Below are positions 43,440-54,036 of a stretch of DNA of 64,000 nucleotides, one piece after another (the first letter of the stretch is position 1; the number at the start of each line of letters is the position of its first letter). The translations under genes and the position numbers were made by a program. The notes beneath the pieces are model-generated. The model was given only the letters and a program-made list of their open reading frames with translations. It had not been told where the DNA came from and did no database searches. Location: NCBI RefSeq assembly GCF_045037415.1, contig NZ_CP173438.1. One strand, 5' to 3'. This stretch comes from Escherichia coli (GTDB taxonomy: Bacteria; Pseudomonadota; Gammaproteobacteria; Enterobacterales; Enterobacteriaceae).

Positions 43440-43845
43440 CACCATGTTATCCACAGAAAGCTGGGATAACTGTGAAAAACCTTCACTACTGTTTCCATTT
43501 ACAGCCTTGACGTGCGACGAAACTCCAGTTTTTAGTGGTTCAGTGCTTAACTTAGTGGCACATTCTGTGGATAAATACGGCGTTGGTTGATCTTTCGCCA
43601 ACCCGTAAATGAGAGGTGTGACCTGGGTCACGAATTACTCTTTTTTATTACTCAAATCACATGTAATACATTGACTGATAATGAATATTTTAAAATCTCT
43701 ATATCTGTCTTATTCAGAATGCTCCGGGTTTTCCCGTAGTAATTCCGTAGTTCTTCACAACTCTATCCACAGAAAAGGTGAATAAAAACGGCTATCCACC
43801 CCTTCCTCTGTTTATAACTCTGCACATAACTGTGAGTTATTCAAT
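43440..43845. promoter_or_regulatory. DnaA-box cluster consistent with DARS2 (DnaA-reactivating sequence 2)
   Basis: Consensus DnaA boxes TTATCCACA (43447-43455) and TGTGGATAA (43566-43574, inverted), near-consensus CTATCCACA (43763-43771) and CTATCCACC (43792-43800); lies in the mutH-rppH spacer. Confidence 0.7.
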
Positions 43846-43942
43846 TGTTATTAGTGTGTAATGCCCTGCAGAGAGTGGTTTACCGTCTTCCTGGAGTATG
43901 AAACAATCATTCGTATATAAAGCTTTATTTTGAGGTAGTCCG

Positions 43943-44473
43943 GTGATTGATGACGATGGCTACCGCCCAAACGTAGGTATCGTGATTTGTAATCGCCAGG
44001 GGCAGGTAATGTGGGCCCGGCGATTTGGTCAGCACTCCTGGCAATTTCCGCAAGGCGGAATCAACCCCGGAGAATCCGCAGAGCAGGCGATGTACCGTGA
44101 ATTGTTTGAAGAAGTAGGATTAAGCCGCAAAGACGTTCGAATCCTTGCTTCAACGCGTAACTGGTTGCGCTACAAATTACCGAAACGTTTGGTGCGTTGG
44201 GACACGAAGCCGGTTTGTATCGGCCAAAAACAAAAATGGTTTCTCTTGCAGCTGGTGAGCGGCGATGCAGAAATCAATATGCAAACCAGCAGTACACCAG
44301 AGTTTGACGGCTGGCGATGGGTAAGTTACTGGTATCCAGTCAGACAGGTGGTGTCATTTAAACGTGATGTCTACCGTAGGGTAATGAAAGAGTTCGCGAG
44401 TGTGGTGATGTCACTGCAGGAAAATACGCCAAAACCACAAAACGCATCTGCTTATCGACGTAAAAGAGGTTAA
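43943..44473 (+). CDS. rppH: RNA pyrophosphohydrolase (Nudix)
   Basis: 176 aa, GTG start; Nudix box [22 protein letters not shown]. Confidence 0.95.
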
Positions 44474-44485
44474 GTCACGCCAATT

Positions 44486-46732
44486 ATGCTCACTCGCCTG
44501 CGCGAAATAGTCGAAAAGGTAGCCAGCGCACCACGCCTGAATGAGGCGTTAAATATTCTGGTTACCGACATCTGTCTTGCGATGGATACCGAGGTCTGTT
44601 CGGTCTACCTGGCTGATCATGATCGACGTTGTTACTACCTGATGGCGACCCGGGGACTGAAAAAACCACGCGGTCGCACTGTAACGCTCGCGTTTGATGA
44701 AGGGATCGTCGGCCTGGTTGGCAGGCTGGCGGAACCGATAAACCTTGCAGATGCGCAAAAGCACCCCAGCTTCAAATACATCCCCTCCGTAAAAGAAGAA
44801 CGTTTCCGCGCGTTTTTAGGCGTACCAATTATTCAACGTCGCCAGTTGCTTGGTGTACTGGTGGTACAGCAACGAGAGTTGCGCCAGTATGACGAAAGTG
44901 AAGAATCCTTCCTGGTGACGCTTGCCACCCAGATGGCAGCTATTCTTTCTCAGTCGCAGTTGACTGCCTTGTTTGGGCAATATCGCCAGACGCGAATCCG
45001 TGCATTACCGGCAGCACCTGGTGTGGCGATTGCCGAAGGCTGGCAGGATGCCACGTTACCTTTAATGGAACAGGTGTATCAGGCATCAACGCTGGATCCG
45101 GCTCTGGAACGCGAACGACTGACCGGGGCGTTGGAAGAGGCGGCTAACGAGTTTCGCCGCTATAGCAAACGCTTTGCTGCCGGTGCACAAAAAGAAACGG
45201 CGGCTATTTTCGATCTTTACTCACACCTGCTTTCGGATACCCGGCTGCGTCGCGAATTGTTTGCCGAGGTTGATAAAGGCTCGGTGGCAGAGTGGGCGGT
45301 AAAAACGGTCATTGAAAAATTTGCCGAACAGTTTGCCGCGCTAAGCGATAACTATCTCAAAGAGCGGGCTGGCGATTTACGTGCACTTGGTCAGCGATTG
45401 CTGTTTCATCTTGATGACGCTAATCAAGGGCCGAACGCCTGGCCGGAACGTTTCATTCTGGTGGCAGATGAACTGTCAGCGACAACGCTTGCTGAGCTGC
45501 CCCAGGATCGCTTAGTCGGTGTTGTCGTGCGCGATGGCGCTGCCAACTCCCATGCTGCGATCATGGTACGTGCGCTGGGGATCCCTACCGTGATGGGCGC
45601 GGATATTCAGCCTTCGGTACTGCATCGTCGGACGCTGATCGTCGATGGTTATCGCGGTGAATTGCTGGTCGATCCGGAGCCGGTACTGCTGCAAGAATAT
45701 CAGCGGCTAATTAGTGAAGAGATCGAGCTTAGCCGTCTGGCGGAAGATGACGTCAATTTACCCGCCCAGTTAAAAAGCGGCGAACGCATTAAAGTCATGC
45801 TCAATGCCGGTTTAAGCCCGGAACATGAAGAAAAACTGGGCAGCCGTATTGATGGCATAGGACTTTATCGCACTGAAATCCCATTCATGCTGCAAAGTGG
45901 TTTTCCGTCGGAAGAAGAACAGGTGGCGCAGTATCAGGGGATGCTGCAAATGTTTAATGATAAACCCGTCACCTTGCGTACGCTGGATGTCGGAGCAGAT
46001 AAGCAGCTGCCTTACATGCCGATCAGCGAAGAGAATCCATGCCTGGGTTGGCGTGGGATTCGCATTACGCTCGATCAGCCGGAGATCTTCTTGATCCAGG
46101 TGCGGGCGATGCTGCGTGCTAATGCCGCTACGGGCAACCTGAATATTCTGTTGCCGATGGTCACAAGCCTCGATGAAGTTGACGAAGCACGCCGCCTGAT
46201 TGAACGTGCCGGACGTGAAGTCGAGGAGATGATCGGTTACGAAATTCCCAAACCACGTATCGGCATCATGCTGGAAGTGCCGTCAATGGTGTTTATGCTG
46301 CCGCATCTGGCAAAGCGGGTCGATTTCATCTCTGTTGGCACCAACGATCTGACGCAATACATCCTGGCCGTTGATCGCAACAATACCCGGGTGGCGAACA
46401 TTTATGACAGTCTTCATCCTGCAATGTTACGAGCTCTGGCGATGATCGCCCGGGAAGCGGAAATACATGGAATCGATCTCCGTTTGTGCGGTGAAATGGC
46501 GGGCGATCCGATGTGCGTGGCAATCCTCATTGGGCTTGGGTATCGCCATCTGTCTATGAACGGACGTTCTGTAGCGCGCGTAAAATACCTGCTGCGGCGC
46601 ATTGATTTTGCCGAAGCAGAAAATCTTGCGCAGCGTAGTCTGGAAGCGCAACTGGCGACCGAAGTTCGCCATCAGGTTGCAGCCTTTATGGAGCGTCGCG
46701 GCATGGGCGGGCTGATTCGTGGGGGGTTATAG
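44486..46732 (+). CDS. ptsP: Nitrogen-PTS enzyme I (EI-Ntr) with N-terminal GAF domain
   Basis: 748 aa; PEP-utilising enzyme body preceded by GAF-like domain; 12 nt after rppH. Confidence 0.95.
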   Translation: MLTRLREIVEKVASAPRLNEALNILVTDICLAMDTEVCSVYLADHDRRCYYLMATRGLKKPRGRTVTLAFDEGIVGLVGRLAEPINLADAQKHPSFKYIPSVKEERFRAFLGVPIIQRRQLLGVLVVQQRELRQYDESEESFLVTLATQMAAILSQSQLTALFGQYRQTRIRALPAAPGVAIAEGWQDATLPLMEQVYQASTLDPALERERLTGALEEAANEFRRYSKRFAAGAQKETAAIFDLYSHLLSDTRLRRELFAEVDKGSVAEWAVKTVIEKFAEQFAALSDNYLKERAGDLRALGQRLLFHLDDANQGPNAWPERFILVADELSATTLAELPQDRLVGVVVRDGAANSHAAIMVRALGIPTVMGADIQPSVLHRRTLIVDGYRGELLVDPEPVLLQEYQRLISEEIELSRLAEDDVNLPAQLKSGERIKVMLNAGLSPEHEEKLGSRIDGIGLYRTEIPFMLQSGFPSEEEQVAQYQGMLQMFNDKPVTLRTLDVGADKQLPYMPISEENPCLGWRGIRITLDQPEIFLIQVRAMLRANAATGNLNILLPMVTSLDEVDEARRLIERAGREVEEMIGYEIPKPRIGIMLEVPSMVFMLPHLAKRVDFISVGTNDLTQYILAVDRNNTRVANIYDSLHPAMLRALAMIAREAEIHGIDLRLCGEMAGDPMCVAILIGLGYRHLSMNGRSVARVKYLLRRIDFAEAENLAQRSLEAQLATEVRHQVAAFMERRGMGGLIRGGL

Positions 46733-46882
46733 CGCGGATCATATACATATCTTTTAACGGTATCCGGCAACCAGCCAGGTCCCCTTGTGCTATTATTCGC
46801 ACCTTTGGAGCGCCTGAAACCTGCGGCGCGCATTTCAATCGCTGTTCTCTTTCAGCGAAATAACAAGAACTTGTGGTGACAG

Positions 46883-47758
46883 ATGACCAGTAGCTATCTG
46901 CATTTTCCGGAGTTTGATCCGGTCATTTTCTCAATAGGACCCGTGGCGCTTCACTGGTACGGACTGATGTATCTGGTGGGTTTCATTTTTGCAATGTGGC
47001 TGGCAACACGACGGGCGAATCGTCCGGGCAGTGGCTGGACCAAAAATGAAGTTGAAAACTTACTCTATGCGGGCTTCCTCGGCGTCTTCCTCGGTGGACG
47101 TATTGGTTATGTTCTGTTCTACAATTTCCCGCAGTTTATGGCCGATCCGCTGTATCTTTTCCGTGTCTGGGACGGCGGCATGTCCTTCCACGGCGGCCTG
47201 ATTGGCGTTATCGTGGTGATGATTATCTTCGCCCGCCGTACTAAACGTTCCTTCTTCCAGGTCTCTGATTTTATTGCTCCACTCATTCCGTTTGGTCTTG
47301 GTGCCGGGCGTCTGGGCAACTTTATTAACGGTGAATTGTGGGGCCGCGTTGACCCGAACTTCCCGTTTGCCATGCTGTTCCCTGGCTCCCGTACAGAAGA
47401 TATTTTGCTGCTGCAAACCAACCCGCAGTGGCAATCCATTTTCGACACTTACGGTGTGCTGCCGCGCCACCCATCACAGCTTTACGAGCTGCTGCTGGAA
47501 GGTGTGGTGCTGTTTATTATCCTCAACCTGTATATTCGTAAACCGCGCCCAATGGGAGCTGTCTCAGGCTTGTTCCTGATTGGTTACGGAGCGTTTCGCA
47601 TCATTGTTGAGTTTTTCCGCCAGCCCGACGCGCAGTTTACTGGTGCCTGGGTGCAGTACATCAGCATGGGGCAAATTCTTTCCATCCCGATGATTGTCGC
47701 GGGTGTGATCATGATGGTCTGGGCATATCGTCGCAGCCCACAGCAACACGTTTCCTGA
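46883..47758 (+). CDS. lgt: Phosphatidylglycerol:prolipoprotein diacylglyceryl transferase
   Basis: 291 aa; N-terminus [31 protein letters not shown]. Confidence 0.95.
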
Positions 47759-47764
47759 GGAACC

Positions 47765-48559
47765 ATGAAACAGTATTTAGAACTGATGCAAAAAGTGCTC
47801 GACGAAGGCACACAGAAAAACGACCGTACCGGAACCGGAACGCTTTCCATTTTTGGTCATCAGATGCGTTTTAACCTGCAGGATGGATTCCCGCTGGTGA
47901 CAACTAAACGTTGCCACCTGCGTTCCATCATCCACGAACTGCTGTGGTTCCTGCAGGGCGACACTAACATTGCTTATCTACACGAAAACAATGTCACCAT
48001 CTGGGACGAATGGGCCGATGAAAACGGCGACCTCGGGCCAGTGTATGGTAAACAGTGGCGCGCCTGGCCAACGCCGGATGGTCGTCATATTGACCAGATC
48101 ACTACGGTACTGAACCAGCTGAAAAACGACCCGGATTCCCGTCGCATTATTGTTTCAGCGTGGAACGTAGGCGAACTGGATAAAATGGCGCTGGCACCGT
48201 GCCATGCATTCTTCCAGTTCTATGTGGCAGACGGCAAACTCTCTTGCCAGCTTTATCAGCGCTCCTGTGACGTCTTCCTCGGCCTGCCGTTCAACATTGC
48301 CAGCTACGCGTTACTGGTGCATATGATGGCGCAGCAGTGCGATCTGGAAGTGGGTGATTTTGTCTGGACCGGTGGCGACACGCATCTGTACAGCAACCAT
48401 ATGGATCAAACTCATCTGCAATTAAGCCGCGAACCGCGTCCGCTGCCGAAGTTGATTATCAAACGTAAACCCGAATCCATCTTCGACTACCGTTTCGAAG
48501 ACTTTGAGATTGAAGGATACGATCCACATCCGGGCATTAAAGCGCCGGTGGCTATCTAA
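47765..48559 (+). CDS. thyA: Thymidylate synthase
   Basis: 264 aa; active-site region [13 protein letters not shown]. Confidence 0.97.
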
Positions 48560-48580
48560 TTACGAAACATCCTGCCAGAG

Positions 48581-48608
48581 CCGACGCCAGTGTGCGTCGG
48601 TTTTTTTT
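48581..48608 (+). terminator. Rho-independent terminator after thyA
   Basis: CCGACGC-cagtgt-GCGTCGG followed by T8. Confidence 0.8.
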
Positions 48609-48743
48609 GCCCTCCGTTAAATTCTTCGAGACACCTTCCCGAAATTTTGCAACGTCCTGCAACGACGTAAATAGTCCGGAAGATGCGCCGAAGAAATAGA
48701 AACTGGCCCTCGTCTTTTTTTCTCCTCGCTCCATACTGCCGGC

Positions 48744-49214
48744 ATGAAAAAACAACGTGGTTATACGCTGATTGAAACGCTGGTCGCGATGCTGATTCTG
48801 GTCATGCTAAGCGCAAGTGGGCTCTATGGCTGGCAATACTGGCAGCAGTCGCAACGGCTTTGGCAAACCGCCAGCCAGGCGCGGGACTATTTGCTCTATT
48901 TACGTGAAGATGCCAACTGGCATAACCGCGACCACAGTATCAGTCTTATCAGGGAGGGGACGTTATGGTGCCTTGTGAGTTCCGTTGCTGGGGCGAATAC
49001 CTGTCATGGCAGTTCACCATTGGTCTTTGTGCCGCGCTGGCCCGAAGTCGAAATGAGCGACCTGACACCTTCGCTTGCTTTCTTTGGCCTGCGCAATACC
49101 GCATGGGCCGGGCATATTCGCTTCAAAAACTCAACGGGCGAGTGGTGGCTAGTGGTTTCGCCGTGGGGAAGACTCCGGCTTTGTCAGCAAGGAGAAACAG
49201 AAGGATGCCTGTAA
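48744..49214 (+). CDS. ppdA: Prepilin-peptidase-dependent pseudopilin A
   Basis: 156 aa; prepilin N-terminus [22 protein letters not shown]. Confidence 0.9.
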   Translation: MKKQRGYTLIETLVAMLILVMLSASGLYGWQYWQQSQRLWQTASQARDYLLYLREDANWHNRDHSISLIREGTLWCLVSSVAGANTCHGSSPLVFVPRWPEVEMSDLTPSLAFFGLRNTAWAGHIRFKNSTGEWWLVVSPWGRLRLCQQGETEGCL

Positions 49215-49768
49215 AAGAGCAAGGTTTTTCTCTGCTGGAAGTGTTGATTGCTATGGCGATCAGTAGCGTATTGTTGCTGGGGGCTGCACGCTTTCTGCCT
49301 GCGTTACAGCGTGAAAGTTTAACGAACACCCGTAAGCTGGCGCTGGAAGATGAAATCTGGCTGCGGGTATTTACCGTCGCGAAGCATCTCCAGAGGGCGG
49401 GTTATTGCCATGGCAGCTGTACGGGCGAAGGGCTGGAAATTGTCGGACAGGGTGACTGTGTCATTGTGCAGTGGGATGCGAACAGTAATGGTATCTGGGA
49501 TCGCGAACCGGTAAAAGAGTCCGACCAGATTGGATTTCGTCTGAAGGAGCATGTGCTGGAAACGCTACGCGGTGCGACATCCTGTGAAGGTAAGGGCTGG
49601 GATAAAGTCACTAATCCGGATGCCATCATTATCGACACTTTTCAGGTCGTACGTCAGGATGTCAGCGGCTTCTCGCCGGTGTTGACGGTTAATATGCACG
49701 CTGCCAGCAAGGCTGATCCGCAAACCGTGGTGGATGCCAGCTATAGCGTGACAGGATCCAACCTGTGA
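49205..49768 (+). CDS. ppdB: Prepilin-peptidase-dependent pseudopilin B
   Basis: Start at [21 protein letters not shown] (187 aa); the longer 267-aa track ORF overlaps ppdA. Confidence 0.88.
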   Translation: MPVKEQGFSLLEVLIAMAISSVLLLGAARFLPALQRESLTNTRKLALEDEIWLRVFTVAKHLQRAGYCHGSCTGEGLEIVGQGDCVIVQWDANSNGIWDREPVKESDQIGFRLKEHVLETLRGATSCEGKGWDKVTNPDAIIIDTFQVVRQDVSGFSPVLTVNMHAASKADPQTVVDASYSVTGSNL

Positions 49769-50172
49769 ACCGCGAAAAGGGTGTTTCGTCACTGGCTCTG
49801 GTCCTGATGCTGCTGATTTTGGGTAGCTTGCTATTGCAAGGAATGAGTCAGCAGGATCGCAGTTTTGCTTCTCGCGTGAGCATGGAAAGTCAGTCATTGC
49901 GCCGCCAGGCCATCGTTCAGTCGGCGCTGGAGTGGGGAAAAATGCACTCCTGGCAGACGCTGCCCGCAGTTCAGTGCTTACTGTATGCTGCCACCGGTGC
50001 CCGGGTTTGTCTGCGTTTACTGGCAGATAATGAAGCCTTATTGATTGCTGGTTATGAAGGCGTTTCGTTGTGGCGAACAGGCGAAGTCATCGATGGAAAC
50101 ATTGTTTTTTCGCCACGCGGCTGGAGCGATTTTTGTCCGCTGAAAGAGAGGGCGTTATGTCAGCTTCCCTGA
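49765..50172 (+). CDS. ygdB: Pseudopilin-like protein with N-terminal hydrophobic segment
   Basis: 135 aa, GTG start; 4-nt overlap with ppdB. Confidence 0.85.
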   Translation: MNREKGVSSLALVLMLLILGSLLLQGMSQQDRSFASRVSMESQSLRRQAIVQSALEWGKMHSWQTLPAVQCLLYAATGARVCLRLLADNEALLIAGYEGVSLWRTGEVIDGNIVFSPRGWSDFCPLKERALCQLP

Positions 50173-50480
50173 GGAATCAACAAGGCTTTAGTCTGCCGGA
50201 GGTAATGTTGGCGATGGTGTTGATGGTGATGATTGTCACTGCGTTATCGGGTTTCCAGCGAACATTAATGAACAGTCTTGCCAGCAGAAACCAGTACCAA
50301 CAGCTCTGGCGGCATGGCTGGCAGCAAACGCAACTGCGCGCGATTTCGCCACCTGCTAACTGGCAGGTCAACCGAATGCAGACATCGCAGGCGGGATGTG
50401 TCAGCATCAGCGTTACGCTAGTTTCACCCGGGGGCAGAGAAGGCGAGATGACCCGCCTGCATTGCCCGAATCGTCAGTAG
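50157..50480 (+). CDS. ppdC: Prepilin-peptidase-dependent pseudopilin C
   Basis: Start at [24 protein letters not shown] (107 aa); overlaps ygdB by 16 nt. Confidence 0.88.
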   Translation: MSASLRNQQGFSLPEVMLAMVLMVMIVTALSGFQRTLMNSLASRNQYQQLWRHGWQQTQLRAISPPANWQVNRMQTSQAGCVSISVTLVSPGGREGEMTRLHCPNRQ

Positions 50481-50492
50481 TCAGGAGCCGCT

Positions 50493-53400
50493 ATGTTAAG
50501 GGTCTACCATTCCAATCGTCTGGACGTGCTGGAAGCGTTGATGGAGTTTATTGTCGAACGCGAACGGCTGGACGATCCTTTCGAACCAGAGATGATTCTG
50601 GTGCAAAGTACCGGTATGGCACAGTGGCTGCAAATGACCCTGTCGCAAAAGTTTGGTATTGCGGCAAACATTGATTTTCCGCTGCCAGCGAGCTTTATCT
50701 GGGATATGTTCGTCCGGGTGTTACCGGAGATCCCCAAAGAGAGCGCCTTTAACAAACAGAGCATGAGCTGGAAACTGATGACACTGCTGCCGCAACTGTT
50801 GGAGCGCGAAGACTTTACCCTGTTGCGGCATTATCTGACTGACGATAGTGACAAGCGAAAACTGTTCCAGCTTTCTTCAAAAGCGGCGGACCTGTTTGAC
50901 CAGTATCTGGTCTATCGTCCGGACTGGCTGGCACAGTGGGAAACAGGACATCTGGTAGAAGGGTTGGGAGAAGCACAGGCCTGGCAAGCGCCGTTGTGGA
51001 AGGCGTTGGTGGAATATACCGACGAACTTGGGCAACCGCGCTGGCACCGCGCCAATCTCTATCAGCGCTTTATCGAAACGCTGGAGTCCGCGACGACCTG
51101 CCCGCCGGGGTTACCTTCGCGCGTCTTTATATGCGGTATTTCCGCGTTACCGCCTGTTTATCTCCAGGCGCTACAGGCGCTGGGTAAACATATTGAAATC
51201 CATCTCCTGTTTACCAACCCCTGCCGTTATTACTGGGGCGACATTAAAGATCCCGCTTATCTGGCGAAACTACTGACTCGCCAGCGCCGACACAGTTTTG
51301 AAGATCGCGAATTACCGCTATTTCGCGACAGCGAAAATGCCGGGCAGCTCTTTAACAGCGATGGTGAACAGGATGTCGGCAACCCGCTGCTGGCTTCATG
51401 GGGCAAGCTTGGGCGCGACTACATTTATCTCCTTTCTGACCTGGAGAGCAGCCAGGAGCTGGACGCTTTTGTCGATGTGACGCCAGATAACCTGCTGCAT
51501 AATATTCAGTCTGACATTCTGGAACTGGAAAACCGCGCCGTTGCTGGTGTGAACATCGAAGAGTTTTCCCGTAGCGATAACAAACGCCCGCTTGATCCAC
51601 TGGATAGCAGTATCACCTTCCACGTTTGCCATAGCCCGCAGCGTGAAGTTGAAGTTTTACACGATCGCCTGCTGGCGATGCTGGAGGAAGACCCGACACT
51701 TACTCCGCGCGACATCATCGTGATGGTGGCTGATATCGACAGCTACAGTCCGTTTATTCAGGCTGTGTTTGGTAGCGCACCTGCGGATCGTTACCTGCCT
51801 TACGCCATTTCCGACCGTCGGGCGCGGCAGTCGCATCCTGTACTTGAAGCGTTTATCAGCCTGTTATCGTTGCCAGACAGCCGCTTTGTGTCGGAAGACG
51901 TGCTGGCATTACTGGATGTGCCGGTGCTGGCGGCGCGGTTTGACATCACCGAAGAAGGGCTGCGTTATTTACGCCAGTGGGTCAACGAGTCCGGCATTCG
52001 TTGGGGGATAGATGACGACAACGTTCGCGAGCTGGAACTTCCCGCTACCGGTCAACACACCTGGCGGTTTGGCCTGACGCGCATGTTGCTGGGCTACGCG
52101 ATGGAGAGCGCGCAGGGCGAGTGGCAATCGGTTCTACCTTATGATGAATCGAGCGGCTTAATTGCAGAACTGGTGGGGCATCTGGCTTCACTGCTAATGC
52201 AGCTAAATATCTGGCGTCGCGGGCTGGCGCAGGAGCGTCCGCTGGAAGAGTGGTTGCCGGTTTGTCGCGATATGCTCAACGCCTTCTTCCTGCCGGATGC
52301 GGAAACCGAAGCGGCGATGACGCTGATCGAACAACAATGGCAGGCGATTATCGCCGAAGGTTTAGGTGCGCAGTATGGCGACGCGGTGCCGCTGTCACTA
52401 TTGCGTGATGAACTGGCACAGCGCCTGGATCAAGAACGTATCAGCCAGCGTTTTCTCGCCGGACCGGTTAACATTTGTACTCTGATGCCAATGCGTTCAA
52501 TTCCGTTCAAAGTGGTTTGCCTGCTGGGAATGAACGACGGCGTTTATCCACGTCAGCTTGCGCCATTGGGCTTTGATCTGATGAGCCAGAAACCGAAGCG
52601 TGGCGACCGTAGCCGTCGCGATGACGACCGCTATCTGTTCCTGGAAGCGTTAATTTCCGCGCAGCAAAAACTCTATATCAGCTATATCGGGCGTTCCATT
52701 CAGGATAACAGTGAACGTTTCCCGTCGGTACTGGTGCAGGAACTGATCGACTACATCGGGCAAAGCCATTATCTACCGGGCGATGAAGCGCTCAACTGTG
52801 ATGAAAGCGAGGCAAGGGTAAAAGCGCATCTTACTTGCCTCCATACCCGAATGCCGTTTGATCCACAAAACTACCAGCCAGGCGAACGACAAAGTTATGC
52901 TCGTGAATGGCTACCTGCGGCCAGCCAGGCTGGTAAAGCACATTCTGAATTTGTTCAGCCGCTGCCATTTACCTTACCGGAAACCGTGCCGCTGGAAACG
53001 CTACAACGATTCTGGGCACATCCGGTGCGGGCATTTTTCCAGATGCGTTTGCAGGTGAACTTCCGTACCGAAGACAGCGAAATCCCCGACACCGAGCCAT
53101 TTATTCTGGAAGGACTTAGCCGTTATCAAATCAATCAGCAGTTATTGAATGCACTGGTTGAGCAGGATGATGCCGAACGCTTGTTCCGTCGCTTCCGGGC
53201 GGCAGGGGATTTACCGTATGGCGCTTTTGGTGAAATTTTCTGGGAAACGCAGTGTCAGGAGATGCAGCAGCTTGCCGACAGAGTCATTGCCTGTCGCCAG
53301 CCGGGGCAGAGTATGGAGATTGATCTCGCCTGCAACGGTGTGCAAATAACGGGCTGGTTGCCGCAGGTGCAGCCGGATGGCCTGTTGCGCTGGCGTCCCT

Positions 53401-53861
53401 CTTTATTAAGTGTGGCGCAGGGAATGCAACTTTGGCTGGAACACCTTGTCTACTGTGCCAGCGGTGGTAATGGTGAAAGTCGCCTTTTTCTACGCAAAGA
53501 CGGCGAGTGGCGTTTTCCGCCGCTTGCAGCCGAACAGGCTTTGCATTACCTCTCACAACTGATTGAGGGGTATCGTGAAGGAATGTCCGCGCCATTGCTG
53601 GTGTTACCTGAAAGTGGCGGCGCGTGGCTAAAAACCTGTTATGACGCGCAAAACGATGCCATGCTGGATGACGATTCCACGTTGCAAAAAGCCCGTACGA
53701 AATTCCTTCAGGCTTACGAAGGCAACATGATGGTGCGTGGCGAAGGTGATGATATCTGGTATCAACGGCTCTGGCGGCAATTAACACCAGAGACAATGGA
53801 GGCTATCGTTGAACAGTCGCAACGTTTCCTGTTACCGCTGTTTCGCTTTAATCAGTCATGA
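50493..53861 (+). CDS. recC: Exodeoxyribonuclease V gamma subunit
   Basis: 1122 aa; N-terminus MLRVYHSNRLDVLEALM. Confidence 0.97.
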   Translation: MLRVYHSNRLDVLEALMEFIVERERLDDPFEPEMILVQSTGMAQWLQMTLSQKFGIAANIDFPLPASFIWDMFVRVLPEIPKESAFNKQSMSWKLMTLLPQLLEREDFTLLRHYLTDDSDKRKLFQLSSKAADLFDQYLVYRPDWLAQWETGHLVEGLGEAQAWQAPLWKALVEYTDELGQPRWHRANLYQRFIETLESATTCPPGLPSRVFICGISALPPVYLQALQALGKHIEIHLLFTNPCRYYWGDIKDPAYLAKLLTRQRRHSFEDRELPLFRDSENAGQLFNSDGEQDVGNPLLASWGKLGRDYIYLLSDLESSQELDAFVDVTPDNLLHNIQSDILELENRAVAGVNIEEFSRSDNKRPLDPLDSSITFHVCHSPQREVEVLHDRLLAMLEEDPTLTPRDIIVMVADIDSYSPFIQAVFGSAPADRYLPYAISDRRARQSHPVLEAFISLLSLPDSRFVSEDVLALLDVPVLAARFDITEEGLRYLRQWVNESGIRWGIDDDNVRELELPATGQHTWRFGLTRMLLGYAMESAQGEWQSVLPYDESSGLIAELVGHLASLLMQLNIWRRGLAQERPLEEWLPVCRDMLNAFFLPDAETEAAMTLIEQQWQAIIAEGLGAQYGDAVPLSLLRDELAQRLDQERISQRFLAGPVNICTLMPMRSIPFKVVCLLGMNDGVYPRQLAPLGFDLMSQKPKRGDRSRRDDDRYLFLEALISAQQKLYISYIGRSIQDNSERFPSVLVQELIDYIGQSHYLPGDEALNCDESEARVKAHLTCLHTRMPFDPQNYQPGERQSYAREWLPAASQAGKAHSEFVQPLPFTLPETVPLETLQRFWAHPVRAFFQMRLQVNFRTEDSEIPDTEPFILEGLSRYQINQQLLNALVEQDDAERLFRRFRAAGDLPYGAFGEIFWETQCQEMQQLADRVIACRQPGQSMEIDLACNGVQITGWLPQVQPDGLLRWRPSLLSVAQGMQLWLEHLVYCASGGNGESRLFLRKDGEWRFPPLAAEQALHYLSQLIEGYREGMSAPLLVLPESGGAWLKTCYDAQNDAMLDDDSTLQKARTKFLQAYEGNMMVRGEGDDIWYQRLWRQLTPETMEAIVEQSQRFLLPLFRFNQS

Positions 53862-54036
53862 GTGTTGTATAAAAATTGCGCAATCTATCCGCTTACTTTA
53901 TGATGCGCACCAGTCACGGACTGATGGTTATATAGACATAGGCTGACTCGTTCAGCACAAGATTAAATTCTGGCAGATGATTTGCGTTAACGTGTTGAAT
54001 CTGGCCAGAAAATAAAGTTGATTATGAGGTCCGTGA

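Noticed and set aside
43437-43631. 64-aa minus-strand ORF in the mutH-rppH spacer
   Set aside because: Overlaps the DnaA-box cluster and has no RBS or recognisable domain; more likely non-coding regulatory DNA. A shorter annotated small ORF in this spacer cannot be confirmed from sequence alone.
48965-49204. Extended 267-aa ppdB ORF overlapping ppdA in another frame
   Set aside because: The prepilin-type N-terminus begins at M81 (49205); the upstream part is a frame overlap with ppdA.
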